Shown here piece after piece: positions 50,762 through 62,440 of a DNA stretch of 64,000 nucleotides. The stretch comes from Microthyrium microscopicum (taxonomy: Eukaryota), in assembly GCA_010405405.1 (NCBI GenBank), contig MU004237.1:224191-288190 (forward strand), given 5' to 3'. The position numbers and the translations under genes were made by a program. Under the pieces are notes generated by a model. The model saw nothing but the letters and a program-made list of their open reading frames with translations, was not told where the DNA came from and did no database searches. The stretch's first letter is position 1. Each line of letters starts with the position of its first letter.

Positions 50762-51586
50762 AATGAAGGCCAACACTCGACCACGCCGATGTGTATTAAC
50801 GTGCGCGGTGAGATTTGGTCCTAATTGTGCTCGAGTCTAACAAGTCGTACTCCGCTCTGGCGACTTTGGAAATGTTGCGCGCTCAGTGTTGCGAGATATA
50901 AGGAAAATGGTGGGACTCGGGTAGTTGCGCGGTTTGGTTTGGGGGCTTGCGAAACTGTAGATGGCCAGACGGTTCAGGAAAAATATAGGCAGTAACGAGC
51001 TGGCGCCTCAGTTTCAATGGATGTGAAGACTAGGGGATGGAAGGCGGCGGTACGGGTAAGAGTAATGTTGTTGGCGTGTTGGAGGTGGTGAACAGTGGGG
51101 TGAAGTAGGCTAAGGTTGACGAACTGTGGGAGCTGCCCCTGTTCTTGGTGTTGACATCTCGACCGCGATCCATCTCAACTGCAAGGGGCTCCAACTAACT
51201 ACATCAACTTGATCAATTCTTTCACTTGGAAAAAGGTCTTGGTCTACTGCTCTAGACGAAAACCAATTAATGGGCAATGCGACATTCAATCACACTTCTC
51301 TTCATCCCTAGCCGCACCAGCAGGTGATGAAGTTATTGTGCGGCGCGGATCCTGCTCACTCAAGACAGATATAGGCAAACCTGTCGTGTTACTGGGCCGC
51401 AATGCTAAGCAGAGAGTGTTTTTAACCAAAGTTAGAATAAGAGTTCATGTCCTTAACTGTTTACTTTTAGTCATTCGTCTTCAATTACTCTCAACCAGAG
51501 CACCTTGTGTTCCACAAACCTTCTTCAGAAGAGCAAGACTTTGAACATACTAAAGTATACGCAGAACATCTCATAAACGAGTTCTT

Positions 51587-52498
51587 ATGGCTAAACAAAA
51601 ACCACATCAGAAGAAGACTTACCCCTACGTTCTATTGAAGTACGTTGCACTTCTCCTTTCGCCTTTGATATTTGGCATTGCGATCATTTACTTTCAGAAA
51701 TACCTTACATACAACCACGACCCATCAAATGATATATCAGCCAGAATCTCACGTAATAGAACAGACCGAGGATGGCGTCGATCTGCAATTCGAAAGGAAG
51801 TGGCAGTCGGTAGATTTGAAACCGTCTTATCTCCACTTCCGACCAAACGCTCAACAATTTTCAAGTACGATGCCCGTGTTGCCTGTTGGCCATCCACTGG
51901 AGGTATCTGGATCAAACATGCCTCGCCAGTAGAACTAGACTTTTTGAAAGTCTCTCGCAGAAACGACACCGAAAAGCCCTCAGAGAGGACATATTACTGG
52001 GCTCGGCCTGGAAATGGAGATCCTGATATCTACGTGCCACCTCCTATCCAGGAAGAAGATTTCTTTTGTCTAAAGCTGCGAATGCTTGGGGCAGACTTTT
52101 GGGACTTGCCGCTCCATGAAGAGCTCCACGATCAACCTATTGAGTACACTATTTCGCCTAGATACAAAAACCATTTGGGGATATACTGGTCCACCGACAA
52201 TCATGCCCTTCCATCCATGGTCAACCTCACCGAAGCCTTCCTAAAATATGGTCCAGGACTAAAGGGTTACAACATAGTTGAGAGTTATGCAGAGCGGGAA
52301 AACATCCTGCAGGAACTTGGCGGAATACACTGCGCTCGTCAACCGCAGACCTGCAGTTCAATGTGGTGTAGCCAATATCCGGACAATTGTGATGAGAAGA
52401 TACTGCTGGAGGATTACAATCATGAGGCAGGCAGGTGGTCTAGATATCTTTCGGGAAAGGAATTTCTCTACATTAATACTAGTCCTGTTACTTCTTAG
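51587..52498 (+). CDS. Hypothetical protein with an N-terminal TM anchor and Cys-containing C-terminus
   Basis: Uninterrupted 303-aa ORF from ATG; hydrophobic YVALLLSPLIFGIAIIYF. Confidence 0.65.
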   Translation: MAKQKPHQKKTYPYVLLKYVALLLSPLIFGIAIIYFQKYLTYNHDPSNDISARISRNRTDRGWRRSAIRKEVAVGRFETVLSPLPTKRSTIFKYDARVACWPSTGGIWIKHASPVELDFLKVSRRNDTEKPSERTYYWARPGNGDPDIYVPPPIQEEDFFCLKLRMLGADFWDLPLHEELHDQPIEYTISPRYKNHLGIYWSTDNHALPSMVNLTEAFLKYGPGLKGYNIVESYAERENILQELGGIHCARQPQTCSSMWCSQYPDNCDEKILLEDYNHEAGRWSRYLSGKEFLYINTSPVTS

Positions 52499-52868
52499 TA
52501 ACCTCATGACTGGTAGGAGGCAAGACTTAACGTGGTAATTGTTCATACTCATAGGTATCAAGACATATCTCTTGACATAAACTCAGAAGTACAACCTTAT
52601 AGTTGGAGATCTTCAGTTCAAGAACTGAACTCCTGATTAGATATCAGTGCTTGATTACGAATTCTTGTAGTAACCTAGGTAGTAGGAAGCACTGATCGAA
52701 ACACTCATAATCTCAACCACCCTTCAATCACGAAGTAAATAAATGGTGAGTCACACACACAACTAGCAAGAACTCATACAGCAAGAACTCCAGCGTCGGC
52801 GTAACCTCTTCATTGATCATCATCAACTTCGACATTTCTCTAGCTACATAGTTTCCCGTCTCTAAGCT

Positions 52869-53488
52869 ATGGAACCTTGCCTAATTCTCATCAACGGCTA
52901 CCCAGGAGTCGGCAAACACACCATCGCAAAGCACATCCATACCGCCCTCGATAGCGATAACAACACCACGTTCATCCACAACCATCTCCTCATCGATCCA
53001 GTAGAGGCCATCTGCCCCGGACGAAACCCTCGTCACTATGCTCTTCGAAAGAAGTTTCGCGATGTCGCGTTTGATGCTTTGATTGCAGATCCAAATCCTC
53101 AGCTTAGCATCATCATCACCATTAGTTTAGGTGCGAATGCAGACGATATTGCCGTTATGCATGAGCACCTACGCATTGCGAGAGAAAGACGGATCAAGCG
53201 TCCATTGGGTCAACTTGACGTGTAATGAACAGGAACACAAGACCCGAATAGCTAGCGATGAGCGCAGAAATGGGGGAACAAGTAAATGCACAGATCCAGC
53301 CGTGCTAGATGCGATCAAAGCAAAGAGTGAGACCAATCTACTGGAATTCGTTGACATCAAAGAGGTGATCAAAGATTTGTCTGACATTTTCACAGCTTGA
53401 CACCAGTGGAAAGTCACCGGAGAAGTGTGCGCAGGCTTGCTTGGAGTGTATTGGACGCGTACCCAATGATGTTGCAAATGTAGAGTGA
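52869..53488 (+). pseudogene. P-loop NTPase/kinase-like (AAA_33/CPT-like) gene with two apparent +1 frameshifts
   Basis: Walker A INGYPGVGKHT and HNHLLIDP in frame 1; VHWVNLTC..RIASDER in the next frame (about 53200); QLDTSGKSPEKCA in a third frame (about 53390). Confidence 0.65.
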
Positions 53489-53633
53489 GATGGTAATACA
53501 TTATCTACAAGAGATCCGAGAATGACTATGCCATGTCAATGATATGCGAAGCGATCTATAGTTTACAGGGTAAATGAATCCCAAGCACAAACTCCGTAAC
53601 AATGCTGAGAGCGACGATGCTTGGTCGATGCGA

Positions 53634-55180
53634 CTATTGTAATGGCCCATCTCCATTATCCGCTGGTAGAACGAATTTCGACATGCGGCTTGCTATCCGT
53701 GGGTCCACAACCAACGGGTCAACCCAGAGACTTTCTTTGCCTTCTTCGTGGTCCTTTTCGGCTCGTTTCCGTACTGATTTGTGCCATTCGGGTTCTTCAC
53801 GTTTTAAGAGAGCTTCTTGCTCCCATTGTAACTCGCTCAGACTCGAAGGCGAACTTTCGGCAAAAGAATCCTCCTCATTTTCTCTCGGTAGTTGTTGATA
53901 TGATGTATGAGCAGCCAAGACGGCAGTAGCCACTTGTCTGCCAATTTCATCGGCCAACTCTCGTTGGCGAAGGAAGCGGTACATTCGTATAGGGGTATTC
54001 AAGAAGCCCAGCAAATGTGGCATTGATACTGTAACAGATGGGCCGAGTTGTTGAGGTATTGTAGCAGGGAGATTTGCAGATGCGTAGTCTTTGGTTGTGT
54101 TGTATGGGACGGGTTGCTTCCGTTTGCCTTTAGCTTTCTCCTCTTCCTTCTTCTTCTCTTCTTCTTTCTTAGCTTCTTCCGCTTTTGCGATAGTGACGGG
54201 ATCTTCTTGGTCCTCGCCAGATGCTGATTCTGAGGGTACTAACGAATCCACTAGATTTTCCACCTGCGATTCTTTCGGCTCTTGAGAGAACTCTGAGCCT
54301 GGTGTCTCTTTGATTAAACCACTTTCTTGTACGACTGCTTCCGTGTAATTTGCCCCGTTCTTAGATGCTTCTTGTAATTCCGCATCTTGTACCTCCGCAG
54401 ATTCTTGATCATCCTTTATCACTTCTTTTGGTGGAGTCAATGGGCCTAACCATCCCTCATGTAAGCCCCTGACATACTCTTTCCAGGTATTTCTTCCAAT
54501 AATAATATCCCCACCACAAGATTGTGAATTCTCATCCGTAACACCAAGCTTTTCCCTAGTCTCCCTTATAATCTCGCGATTCTCATCAGCCTCATCTTTC
54601 TCTGGAACCTCTCCAGGCTCGCCCGCGCGCATTCGAATCTCCCTTATACGTTCCGCCACCATCGCCCTGACATCACCTTCTTTGCGTCCCTCAATGGCGT
54701 CCCAATCCATGCCACCAGCCACTAATACTGGTTTGACATATTCGTGAAAGTGTTCTCGTGCCGTCAACAGTCCATCCGCAGGCGGCGCAGACAGCACAAT
54801 TGTTAGATGACGCGGCATCATCATCGGTGGAAATGGCTGTGTGGCGAGATGCGATACGCGATTACACCAGTGTTGTATAATGCGATCCTTTTCGCGGCGA
54901 TCGTACCAGTACGCGCCATACCAGGAGCCGACGATCGTAAGGAAGATGGACCAGTTTCGCGAGGGTAAACGGAAGCGGAAGTTGGGCATTCCTGAAGCGC
55001 ACAATATGTCAGCAACTGCTATCTTATAACCTTCGAGGGAATAGTGAACATACCCATCAAGCGGAAGAAGGCAGAGTAGACAGGAGGTTTTTTAGCGGCT
55101 GCTGCCCCAGCGTTCGCAGCGGAGGCGGCGCCGGAGGGCGCTGCATTGCCTGGTTTACTCGAACTCGACGCTTCATCCAT
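53634..55180 (-). CDS. TIM54: Mitochondrial inner-membrane translocase subunit Tim54 (one intron, about 55054-54993)
   Basis: AFRLMG|MPNFRFRLPSRNWSIFLTIVGSW..YDRREK; YVKPVLVAGGMDW; IGRNTWKEYVRGLHEGWLGP; HLLGFLNTPIRMYRFL. Confidence 0.93.
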
Positions 55181-55657
55181 TGCTTTATCGGGCCATGTTT
55201 GTACGATGTGTAGGTTGTGATGGAAAAAAGTTGTCGAGCTGATCTGAGCTCTAGTCGAGAAAAGTTCAATTGGCTGGGAAAATATGTTGGCACGTGCGTC
55301 AGCCTTATCTCAGCCTTGTGCTTTCTTGCATGATCCCTTGCATCGCATTGGGTGTACTAAAAGACTGTCCGAAATTGAGTTTCACGGTAGAAAGCTAGGC
55401 TCCCTTTGCCGTGATGGTATAGAAAAATATGGGCTAAAGCCTCGGGGTAGGTACCCACATGGGTAAGCGGCACTTGCATCGTTGTCCTTCAACAAGGGGT
55501 AAGATGTGGAGATAAAATGACTCAAGCTATAGGCACAACTAGATCTAGAGACAAAATGAACTGCAAGCGATACGATTTGGCTGTATATTCCATGAGTGAC
55601 TTATCACGATTCGCCGCTATGAGTATCATTGCTGCTACGACTAATACAACAAACACA

Positions 55658-56338
55658 TCAGCCCTCCCTCTTCTTGACTTTCTCTTCCCAATCCTTCCTC
55701 GTAATTCCCATCAGAACCAAATCCCTAAGCTCTCCTCTCTTCCAAACCGCATTCCTCACCCTTCCCTCCTCACGACACCCAACCTTCCTCAATACGCCCA
55801 AGCTCGCCTCATTCCCACCGAAGATCCCCGCTCCCAACCTAACCAAATCCTCGCCCTCAACACCCGTCAACCCGCCCTTCAACCCAAACAGCCAGCCAAT
55901 GAACGCATCCACCGCTTCACTCATATACCCCTTTCCCCAATACTCTTTGCCAATCCAATACCCAATCTCCGCGCCTCTTCGATGCACATCAGCCTGGATA
56001 TCCGTGCCAATACCACCAATCATGACCTCCGGCGCATCTGCCAAACAGATACAGAAATGGTGGATGGGTGGGCCGGGAGCATTGGCGGCTGCGTTGGACG
56101 AGACGAAGTTTATGAACGTTTGCGCTGACTCCAGGGTATATGGATAGGGAAAGCGGTCGGTCATGCTAGCAGAGATGGCTTCATCGTTTGCAAGAGAAGC
56201 ACTACGGGGAGCATCTTTGATGTGGTATGGCCGGATTATGAGACGGGTGGTGGTGAGGAGGGCGGCTGGCGGGTATGGCATTGTGTCCCATTGGATTGTT
56301 TTCTCCTGAGAGGTAAAGGCGGTCTTTTCGGCGAGCAT
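55658..56338 (-). CDS. GNAT N-acetyltransferase (RimJ/RimL type)
   Basis: TTRLIIRPY; FPYPYT; AEIGYWIGKEYWGKGYMSEAV; NEASLGVLRKVG..EG. Confidence 0.88.
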   Translation of the reverse strand: MLAEKTAFTSQEKTIQWDTMPYPPAALLTTTRLIIRPYHIKDAPRSASLANDEAISASMTDRFPYPYTLESAQTFINFVSSNAAANAPGPPIHHFCICLADAPEVMIGGIGTDIQADVHRRGAEIGYWIGKEYWGKGYMSEAVDAFIGWLFGLKGGLTGVEGEDLVRLGAGIFGGNEASLGVLRKVGCREEGRVRNAVWKRGELRDLVLMGITRKDWEEKVKKREG

Positions 56339-56733
56339 ATTGTATGTGGTTGGAATATTTAGGATTGTCTGTTGCCTTAGGTGGAGGATTGACGGATTCT
56401 GATTTTTGGAGTAGGAGCGTCTTGCTGCTAGGTCTTCAGGCCTATTTATTTTTGTCTGGCTGTGTTTGGATGACTGGATGATTTTAGAGTACAGTCGATA
56501 CCATGATCTTGAACTGTTCACGAGTCCTTGGCACAGGATGAATCATCTGGGGAGAAATGAGTCAAATGCGGTTGATGTAACCATGGTATACCTTCCGTAT
56601 CTTTGTACTATTTATAGGCAATATGATTGGCGAGGATCCCTGGGGTACTCAAAATCCGCCTAATAGATAAAAAGATTTGAAAGCATTGAATCTGACGTTT
56701 CTGAGAATTGAGAAATTATCCAAGACATTGACA

Positions 56734-57408
56734 ATGGGGGTTTTTATTTACCTGATCGGGTTTCCTGGAGTCGGCAAACTAACCGTCGCCAAAGAGCTAT
56801 CGTAAGGTAATTGCAGACCGTTGAAACGCAAGAAGCCTAAATCTTGTGATGTAGACAAATCATACCCAACTCGAAGGTCTTTGACAATCATTTGATTATA
56901 GACCCAGCAAGCGCAATCGTCGAGAGGAATATGCCCGAATACGTGCCTTTACGAATATCCCTGGTAGGTCTATTGTAGATCAAAATTTACTTCTGGAGCT
57001 TACAACATTATCCAGAGAAAACTATGTCTCGATGCTATAGCCAACAGTCAATCGACAAAGCACATATCCTGGATATTTACTGATTCCCAGACTTCTGATG
57101 GCAAAGGCGCTGGCAATCCTCGCGACTATCAGGAAGCAGCGATAAGTCAAGGTGCAGAGTTTATTTCCGTGGTTCTGAACTGCGATTTGGAAGAAAACAT
57201 TCGTAGAGTTGGCAGTCGAAATAGGATAGAGACTCGTGGCAAATTGACGGACGAAGCGATTCTAGAGAGCATATACAAGGGCGAGCCGATATTCCGGTTT
57301 GGGAAGGACGCCAATGAGATCGAGATTGATGTGAGCCATTTGGCAGCAAAGGATGTAGCGGAGCTAATAGCAAGTCATGTACGGATAGTTGCTTCGAAAT
57401 CGACTTGA
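56734..57408 (+). CDS. Small P-loop kinase-like protein (exons about 56734-56801, 56855-56964, 57016-57408), same family as 52869
   Basis: MGVFIYLIGFPGVGKLTVAKEL; VFDNHLIIDPA; VVLNCDLEENIRRV..R..GKLTD; canonical introns. Confidence 0.82.
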
Positions 57409-57517
57409 AATCGCGACCAGGCTTATGTCAATAACAGTCCGTGTACCGATCTTTGAAGATCTTAAGGACCTGCGGCATTCTGCTTGCGATTCGCGGCTCG
57501 TTCATGGGGTGCTGCCT

Positions 57518-58449
57518 CTATTTTGAGCACCAATCTTCAGAGACCGTTTGAAGCTCAGGTCGCCTCACCTCTAACTCTAGAGGGAAAGCCAAAGCCTCCT
57601 CGACCAGATCCATCAGGACCCTTGGGCTGTCGTTCTGGTCTCTCTTCATTAGATGGGGTGACTGAGCCTGTCTCGCGTCGTTGGATGAAAGTGGATCCTG
57701 GCTTTGGTGCGTATTCAGGCTCAAAGAGTTTTCCATTATCTTTACTCTTGTTATTGCCTGCAACACCACGAATATTCCCGCGACCCCTTCCGTTGCCACG
57801 AGGTGTGCCGCTCCTACTCTCTGGTCGGCTGGTTGGTGCCGATTTACCAGCGCTTCCAGATCGACTATGATTGTGGGGTGTATTTCCTGATTCCGGACCA
57901 AATAGACGTTCCCGAACTTCGGCGTATTTCTTCTGCTTCTCTTCGCGCTCTTTTGCAGCTCTCGATTGTCGATCAGCAAAATCGGCAGCTGCCCGAATGC
58001 GCTCTTCTTCCTCACTGTCAGGCTCGTCGTCTGCTGCTGCTACTTGACTAGGTTTCGTCGCGTTATTCTTTGGTGCTGGTCTTCGTGCTAGGACTTTGAA
58101 TGCAGGTTTTAAAGGTGCCTGAACAAGGGGTATTTCGGGTGCTCGTGCTTGAATGAAGATCGGGGTTTCGGATGGAGCTGATCTTGGTAATGTTAGCGGC
58201 GCATTCTTTCATCGGTCATGTTAGGTATCGTGCTCCCAAAGCTGTCGATTGGCTTCTTGATGAAGCAATTTACGTTCTGCACGAGATAACTTTTGTTCCG
58301 GCGGCGGGGTTGTGTCTTGAGGCTCGGCTTCTTGCTTCTAGAAGTTGAGGTTAGAGGGTGTGAAATATGAGCAGGTTGGAAATGAATCGTACATCGGCAA
58401 GGTTCTCCCAGTCGTCGTCCCAAGCACTGGGGGCAGTTGATGATGCCAT
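57518..58449 (-). CDS. SUZ-domain-like conserved fungal protein, multi-exon
   Basis: MASSTAPSAWDDDWENLAD start; FKPAFKVLARRP; charged helix ending VRERLFG; RG-rich tail. Confidence 0.65.
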
Positions 58450-58604
58450 AATCGATGCGCAGGCGTCAAGATAAGGTTTGAAGCTCTTGACGGTAGCAAA
58501 ATGGCAGGTGGAGTTTGATCTTTGAAGGTTGAGGTGTGGGGGAAGCGATCTGGGGAAGCTGTGCGGCCGGATCGGGTCGTGCGCAGTCCCACTCCCTACT
58601 CCCA

Positions 58605-60007
58605 CAGTAGATGCAGTGGTTCACGGCGCAGGGGCCACATCACAGATTTTGAGATCAACCAAAATACAATAATTAATATATCTACCACTTCTTCGACTTA
58701 ATTCGTTCTCCTTTAAGCTTAATTACTTGCCTACATCGCCATGGCATCTCACCAATCCGTTGACGAATTTATGACATTATTACTCGTCGCCATTTAGCTA
58801 AAATAGTAGCCCAAAAGTCCTCCGCAGTTTTAAACCTTCTGCCACGAAGTCTACCCTTTATGATATTCCAAACAGCCTCTATAGGATTAAGATTAAGTAA
58901 TTAAGCATAATAACGAAGTAATTAAAGCCGTTCACGTTATTTTAAAGCTAAAACAACGTTATTTTTGGACCTTATTCTATAACTTAGATCGTTATCCTCT
59001 TAGAACTAAATCTGCTTCTTATAATAGCTTTTAAAATAACGGATCTCTTCAAGGTACTTTAAAAGAACCTCCTCAACATAAAACTTCTACGTTATAAAGT
59101 TTCCTAAAGGTTTAACTTCAGCGGGATAAAGAAGCTTAGATTCATAATCTTTAAAGCATTCTTAAAACTCCTAATTAGTTTCCCGCTTTCTACGCCTTAG
59201 TTTAGGTAGTAAACGTAGTTTAGGAACCGCAGAATCTATTAGATCGTTATAAAACATAAATGCCCCCTTTTAACGATAAGATATGCCTCTAGCGATATAA
59301 AATATAATATTTAGATCCAAAGAATTAATTTCTTAAGGCAGCAAAGCATTCTCAAAATAGCCATCTCGTCTCATCTCATAATCTTGAAAGTTTACTAAGT
59401 TAAGAGAGTTCAAATAAACCTCATCCGTCTAGTAAACATTAGCCTAGAAGCCGTTAACCGTTTTGGCTTTATATTCTTCCCCAAAAGCGACCCAAATTTC
59501 CTTATTTTTAGGTGAGATTCTCTTTAAAGTTCGACGTTTTTAACAGTATATTCTAGCCTTTAAAAATCGATATTGTATTTATCTTTTATTAATATTAAAA
59601 TCTATAGCTTCATAAGGAACATTATAATTATAATTCTAAGGGTCAGCCACAGCCTAAATATCCTTCTCTTAGACCTTAAGAATACCTCCTATCTTCATAG
59701 ATTATAGCCTTATTCTTCGAATCGATTCTTCACCTCTCTTATCGAAATCCGAAGCCTATTAGCGGCCTATAAATAAAAGTATCTTAATGCCTTTAGAACG
59801 GCAGATTTCGTTAAAGGAAGAAAAGTTTTCTTTAGTTTTATAAGCTTTAATAAAACGAGCTTTTCGAATAGTATCGTATTCTTATCTTTTAGGCTTCGTA
59901 GGGGTCATAGTTGTTAAGTAATTAATGTTTAATTATTATCTAGGACTTTGGTAGAGAGCAAAAAATCAGGGGTGTGGCCCCTGCGCCGTGAGCGCCTGCA
60001 CCTACTG
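58605..60007 (-). mobile_element. Tc1/mariner-type DNA transposon, RIP-inactivated, with imperfect TIRs of about 46 bp
   Basis: Left end cagtagatgcagtggttcacggcgcaggggccacat; right end (reverse complement) cagtaggtgcaggcgctcacggcgcaggggccacac; AT/TpA-rich interior; broken transposase from ATG 59908 with F*ANVY*TDE, EDND and NLNPIEAVW (SPDLNPIE) remnants. Confidence 0.92.
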
Positions 60008-60648
60008 TGCTCCCTTCAGTTGGATCTTGGATCTGGACCCCAGGTTACTCCTTGCCGTACTACTTCAACCAATCTCGCCCTCTCTCTATATTGATGCCAG
60101 TCTCGCCAGTGCACAGTCCTCGCCTTAACCATACCAGGTCCCAAAATTGTTGTTAAAAGCCTTTCAGCTTCGTGCTTAGATGGATTCTACACGTCCACAA
60201 GTAGACATGTCTCCCTTAATGTCGCGCTTGCTCAGGAGGCAGCGACCGTTGCTTAACTGGGCCTGTTGAGGACATTTAAAAGAAGTCGCCCTTTCACCAA
60301 ATTCAGAAACATACCAGGAAAGACTATGTCTACACACTAGTTTTTATCCTCGCCCTTTCCTACTCGAGCAGATACTTGTTGAGCAGCTGCGCAGTAACAT
60401 CTATTCCAAATCCGGCCCACGATTCCTAGATAACTTCAGTCACTGAACGATTTCTGGCCTGCCAATCATTTCTGTCCCATTACAGTCTGGAGAACAAGTA
60501 CTGTATAGGTACAGCTTGGTTGCTACAGCCTTTATTCCGCATAATTCAGAGCAGCAACCGTTCAACTTCGCGTCACCCCTTTGGCAGAGTCCTTGATTTT
60601 ACTCCAACAACGTACTTCTACAAGCGTCTGTTGACCTCCTTCTCAACC

Positions 60649-61791
60649 ATGTATCTTCTGGCTCTCTTCTCCCTCTGGGTCTCTGTTGCTACAGGCCAAA
60701 GCTTCCATGATAACAATGCCAATTGTCAATGCTATCAAGTAGTGTCCAATACAACCCCAACCTTCTTCTCCAACTACCGCCTCTGGGATTTCCGATACTT
60801 TGCGAATGATACATCTAGCTTTCCTGATGCTCCTGATCCTTCAGTCAGTCTAGGCTCTGAGGGTACTCTTCAATCTCTTCTACAGGCTCCATCATTCACA
60901 GCCGATTGGAATGTTCAAACTTGGGGTACTACACCCACTACCGAAAGTCCAATCATCAAACGCAATTCCTATTCCAACGTGTTCTTTCGAGCTACCAACA
61001 ACACTGACCTGGGAGAATCGAATCCAGCAGCCCGCACCTTCTTGACGTTTCGTACCATTCGCAACGCCGCCTTTCAAAGCGCTGCTGAGATTGAGAACCT
61101 GCAAAAGAACATTATGTACGCATCCGTACGCTTTCGTGCTCGCGTCCGAGGAGACGCTGGTGCATGTGCCGGAATGTTCACCGTCTTTGATAACAACAAT
61201 GAGGCAGACATTGAGGTTCTCACCAAGGATAAAAAGACCACATATCACTATACCAATCAACCTGATGTCAAAAATGGCAACGATGTTCCGGGAGCGAGCT
61301 TGCAAAAAGACAATCTGTTAAATTGGACCGACTGGCATACTCATCGTATCGATTGGCTTCCTGGAATCGTCCGTTCGTACCTCGACGACAAGTTGGTTGC
61401 TGAGAACACGATCAACGTTCCCAAGAAACCTAGCTACATCGACATGAACATGTGGTCTGACGGCGGAGTCTGGAGTGGCACTATGGCTCCTGGAGACGAG
61501 GCCGAACTCCACGTGGCATGGGTTCAAGCCGCTTTCAACACCTCGGGCGCCAACATTCTCAAGCGCAAGGACGACCGTCTGTTCCAACCTGAGAAATGGG
61601 GATCCAACGATCACATTCTGAAGAAACGAGCCAACTCTTGCACCAAAGTTTGCATTATAGATAATGTTGCTCAAACTGGCGTGCCCCAAATGTTAGCATC
61701 CGTGTCAGCCGTAAGTCGAAGGGAACACAACATATCGAGCGTTGGGATTGCCTTTGTTTTTGCCATGACCGTTTTCATACTAATTTCTTAA
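60649..61791 (+). CDS. Secreted, possibly GPI-anchored GH16 glucanase/transglycosylase
   Basis: Signal MYLLALFSLWVSVATG; GACAGMF..NEADIEVLT catalytic ExDxE; WHTHRIDW; NMWSDGGVWSG; hydrophobic C-terminus. Confidence 0.88.
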   Translation: MYLLALFSLWVSVATGQSFHDNNANCQCYQVVSNTTPTFFSNYRLWDFRYFANDTSSFPDAPDPSVSLGSEGTLQSLLQAPSFTADWNVQTWGTTPTTESPIIKRNSYSNVFFRATNNTDLGESNPAARTFLTFRTIRNAAFQSAAEIENLQKNIMYASVRFRARVRGDAGACAGMFTVFDNNNEADIEVLTKDKKTTYHYTNQPDVKNGNDVPGASLQKDNLLNWTDWHTHRIDWLPGIVRSYLDDKLVAENTINVPKKPSYIDMNMWSDGGVWSGTMAPGDEAELHVAWVQAAFNTSGANILKRKDDRLFQPEKWGSNDHILKKRANSCTKVCIIDNVAQTGVPQMLASVSAVSRREHNISSVGIAFVFAMTVFILIS

Positions 61792-62440
61792 TTAATGTGT
61801 AGTGAGATACGTCCTGTCCATTCTTCGAGCCGAACGAGATTTCCATCATCGCGATGTAGCCAAACCGTTTGCAACCGAGTACTAACTACCTCCCCCAAAA
61901 TGTCTACTTCCAGAATGTAAATAGCCAAATTAATCAATCTACTATTGATCCGACTGGTCCGTTGATCTTCTGACAAGGCCTTTATTGGGAACTCTTGGTA
62001 CCTTAGAAGTTCAGAAATGGTCTAAATTGCGATTGTACTGCGTCACGGCCTCCAGCCCTGACCACTATTTTGGACGAATGGCCTCATGTTGAACCACCAG
62101 CTATTAATCTCAATCTATTAATACGTAGCAAGCTCTTAACTTGAGCATGAGCAGCGGTCCTTGATTAACGCGTGTTGCGAAACTTTAGTATGATCCATCG
62201 TGGAGCTCCATGGCATCCTCTTACTATACATCGACAGGTCCCATGAGGCTCAGTGCTGCTGTTATACAAACAAGACGATAGTGAGCTGTCCTTCTAATTG
62301 ACTCCTTGCAGGAGCAACAAAGATGCCAGAGCTACGAAAAACATGAAATTACAACGCTGTCGCTGATAATTTACTCGTTAAAATTACATTCACCTACCCA
62401 CTGAACAAATGCGTTCCTCCACGATTTCTAGATCAACATC

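Noticed and set aside
51311..51344. GCCGCAC...GTGCGGC hairpin containing TGATGA (C-box-like)
   Set aside because: Too short, no D box; insufficient for a snoRNA call
55517..56147. Plus-strand 203-aa and 172-aa ORFs
   Set aside because: Antisense shadows of the GNAT gene
55658..56338. Second GNAT as part of the RiPP cluster
   Set aside because: 45 kb distant and only family-level similarity
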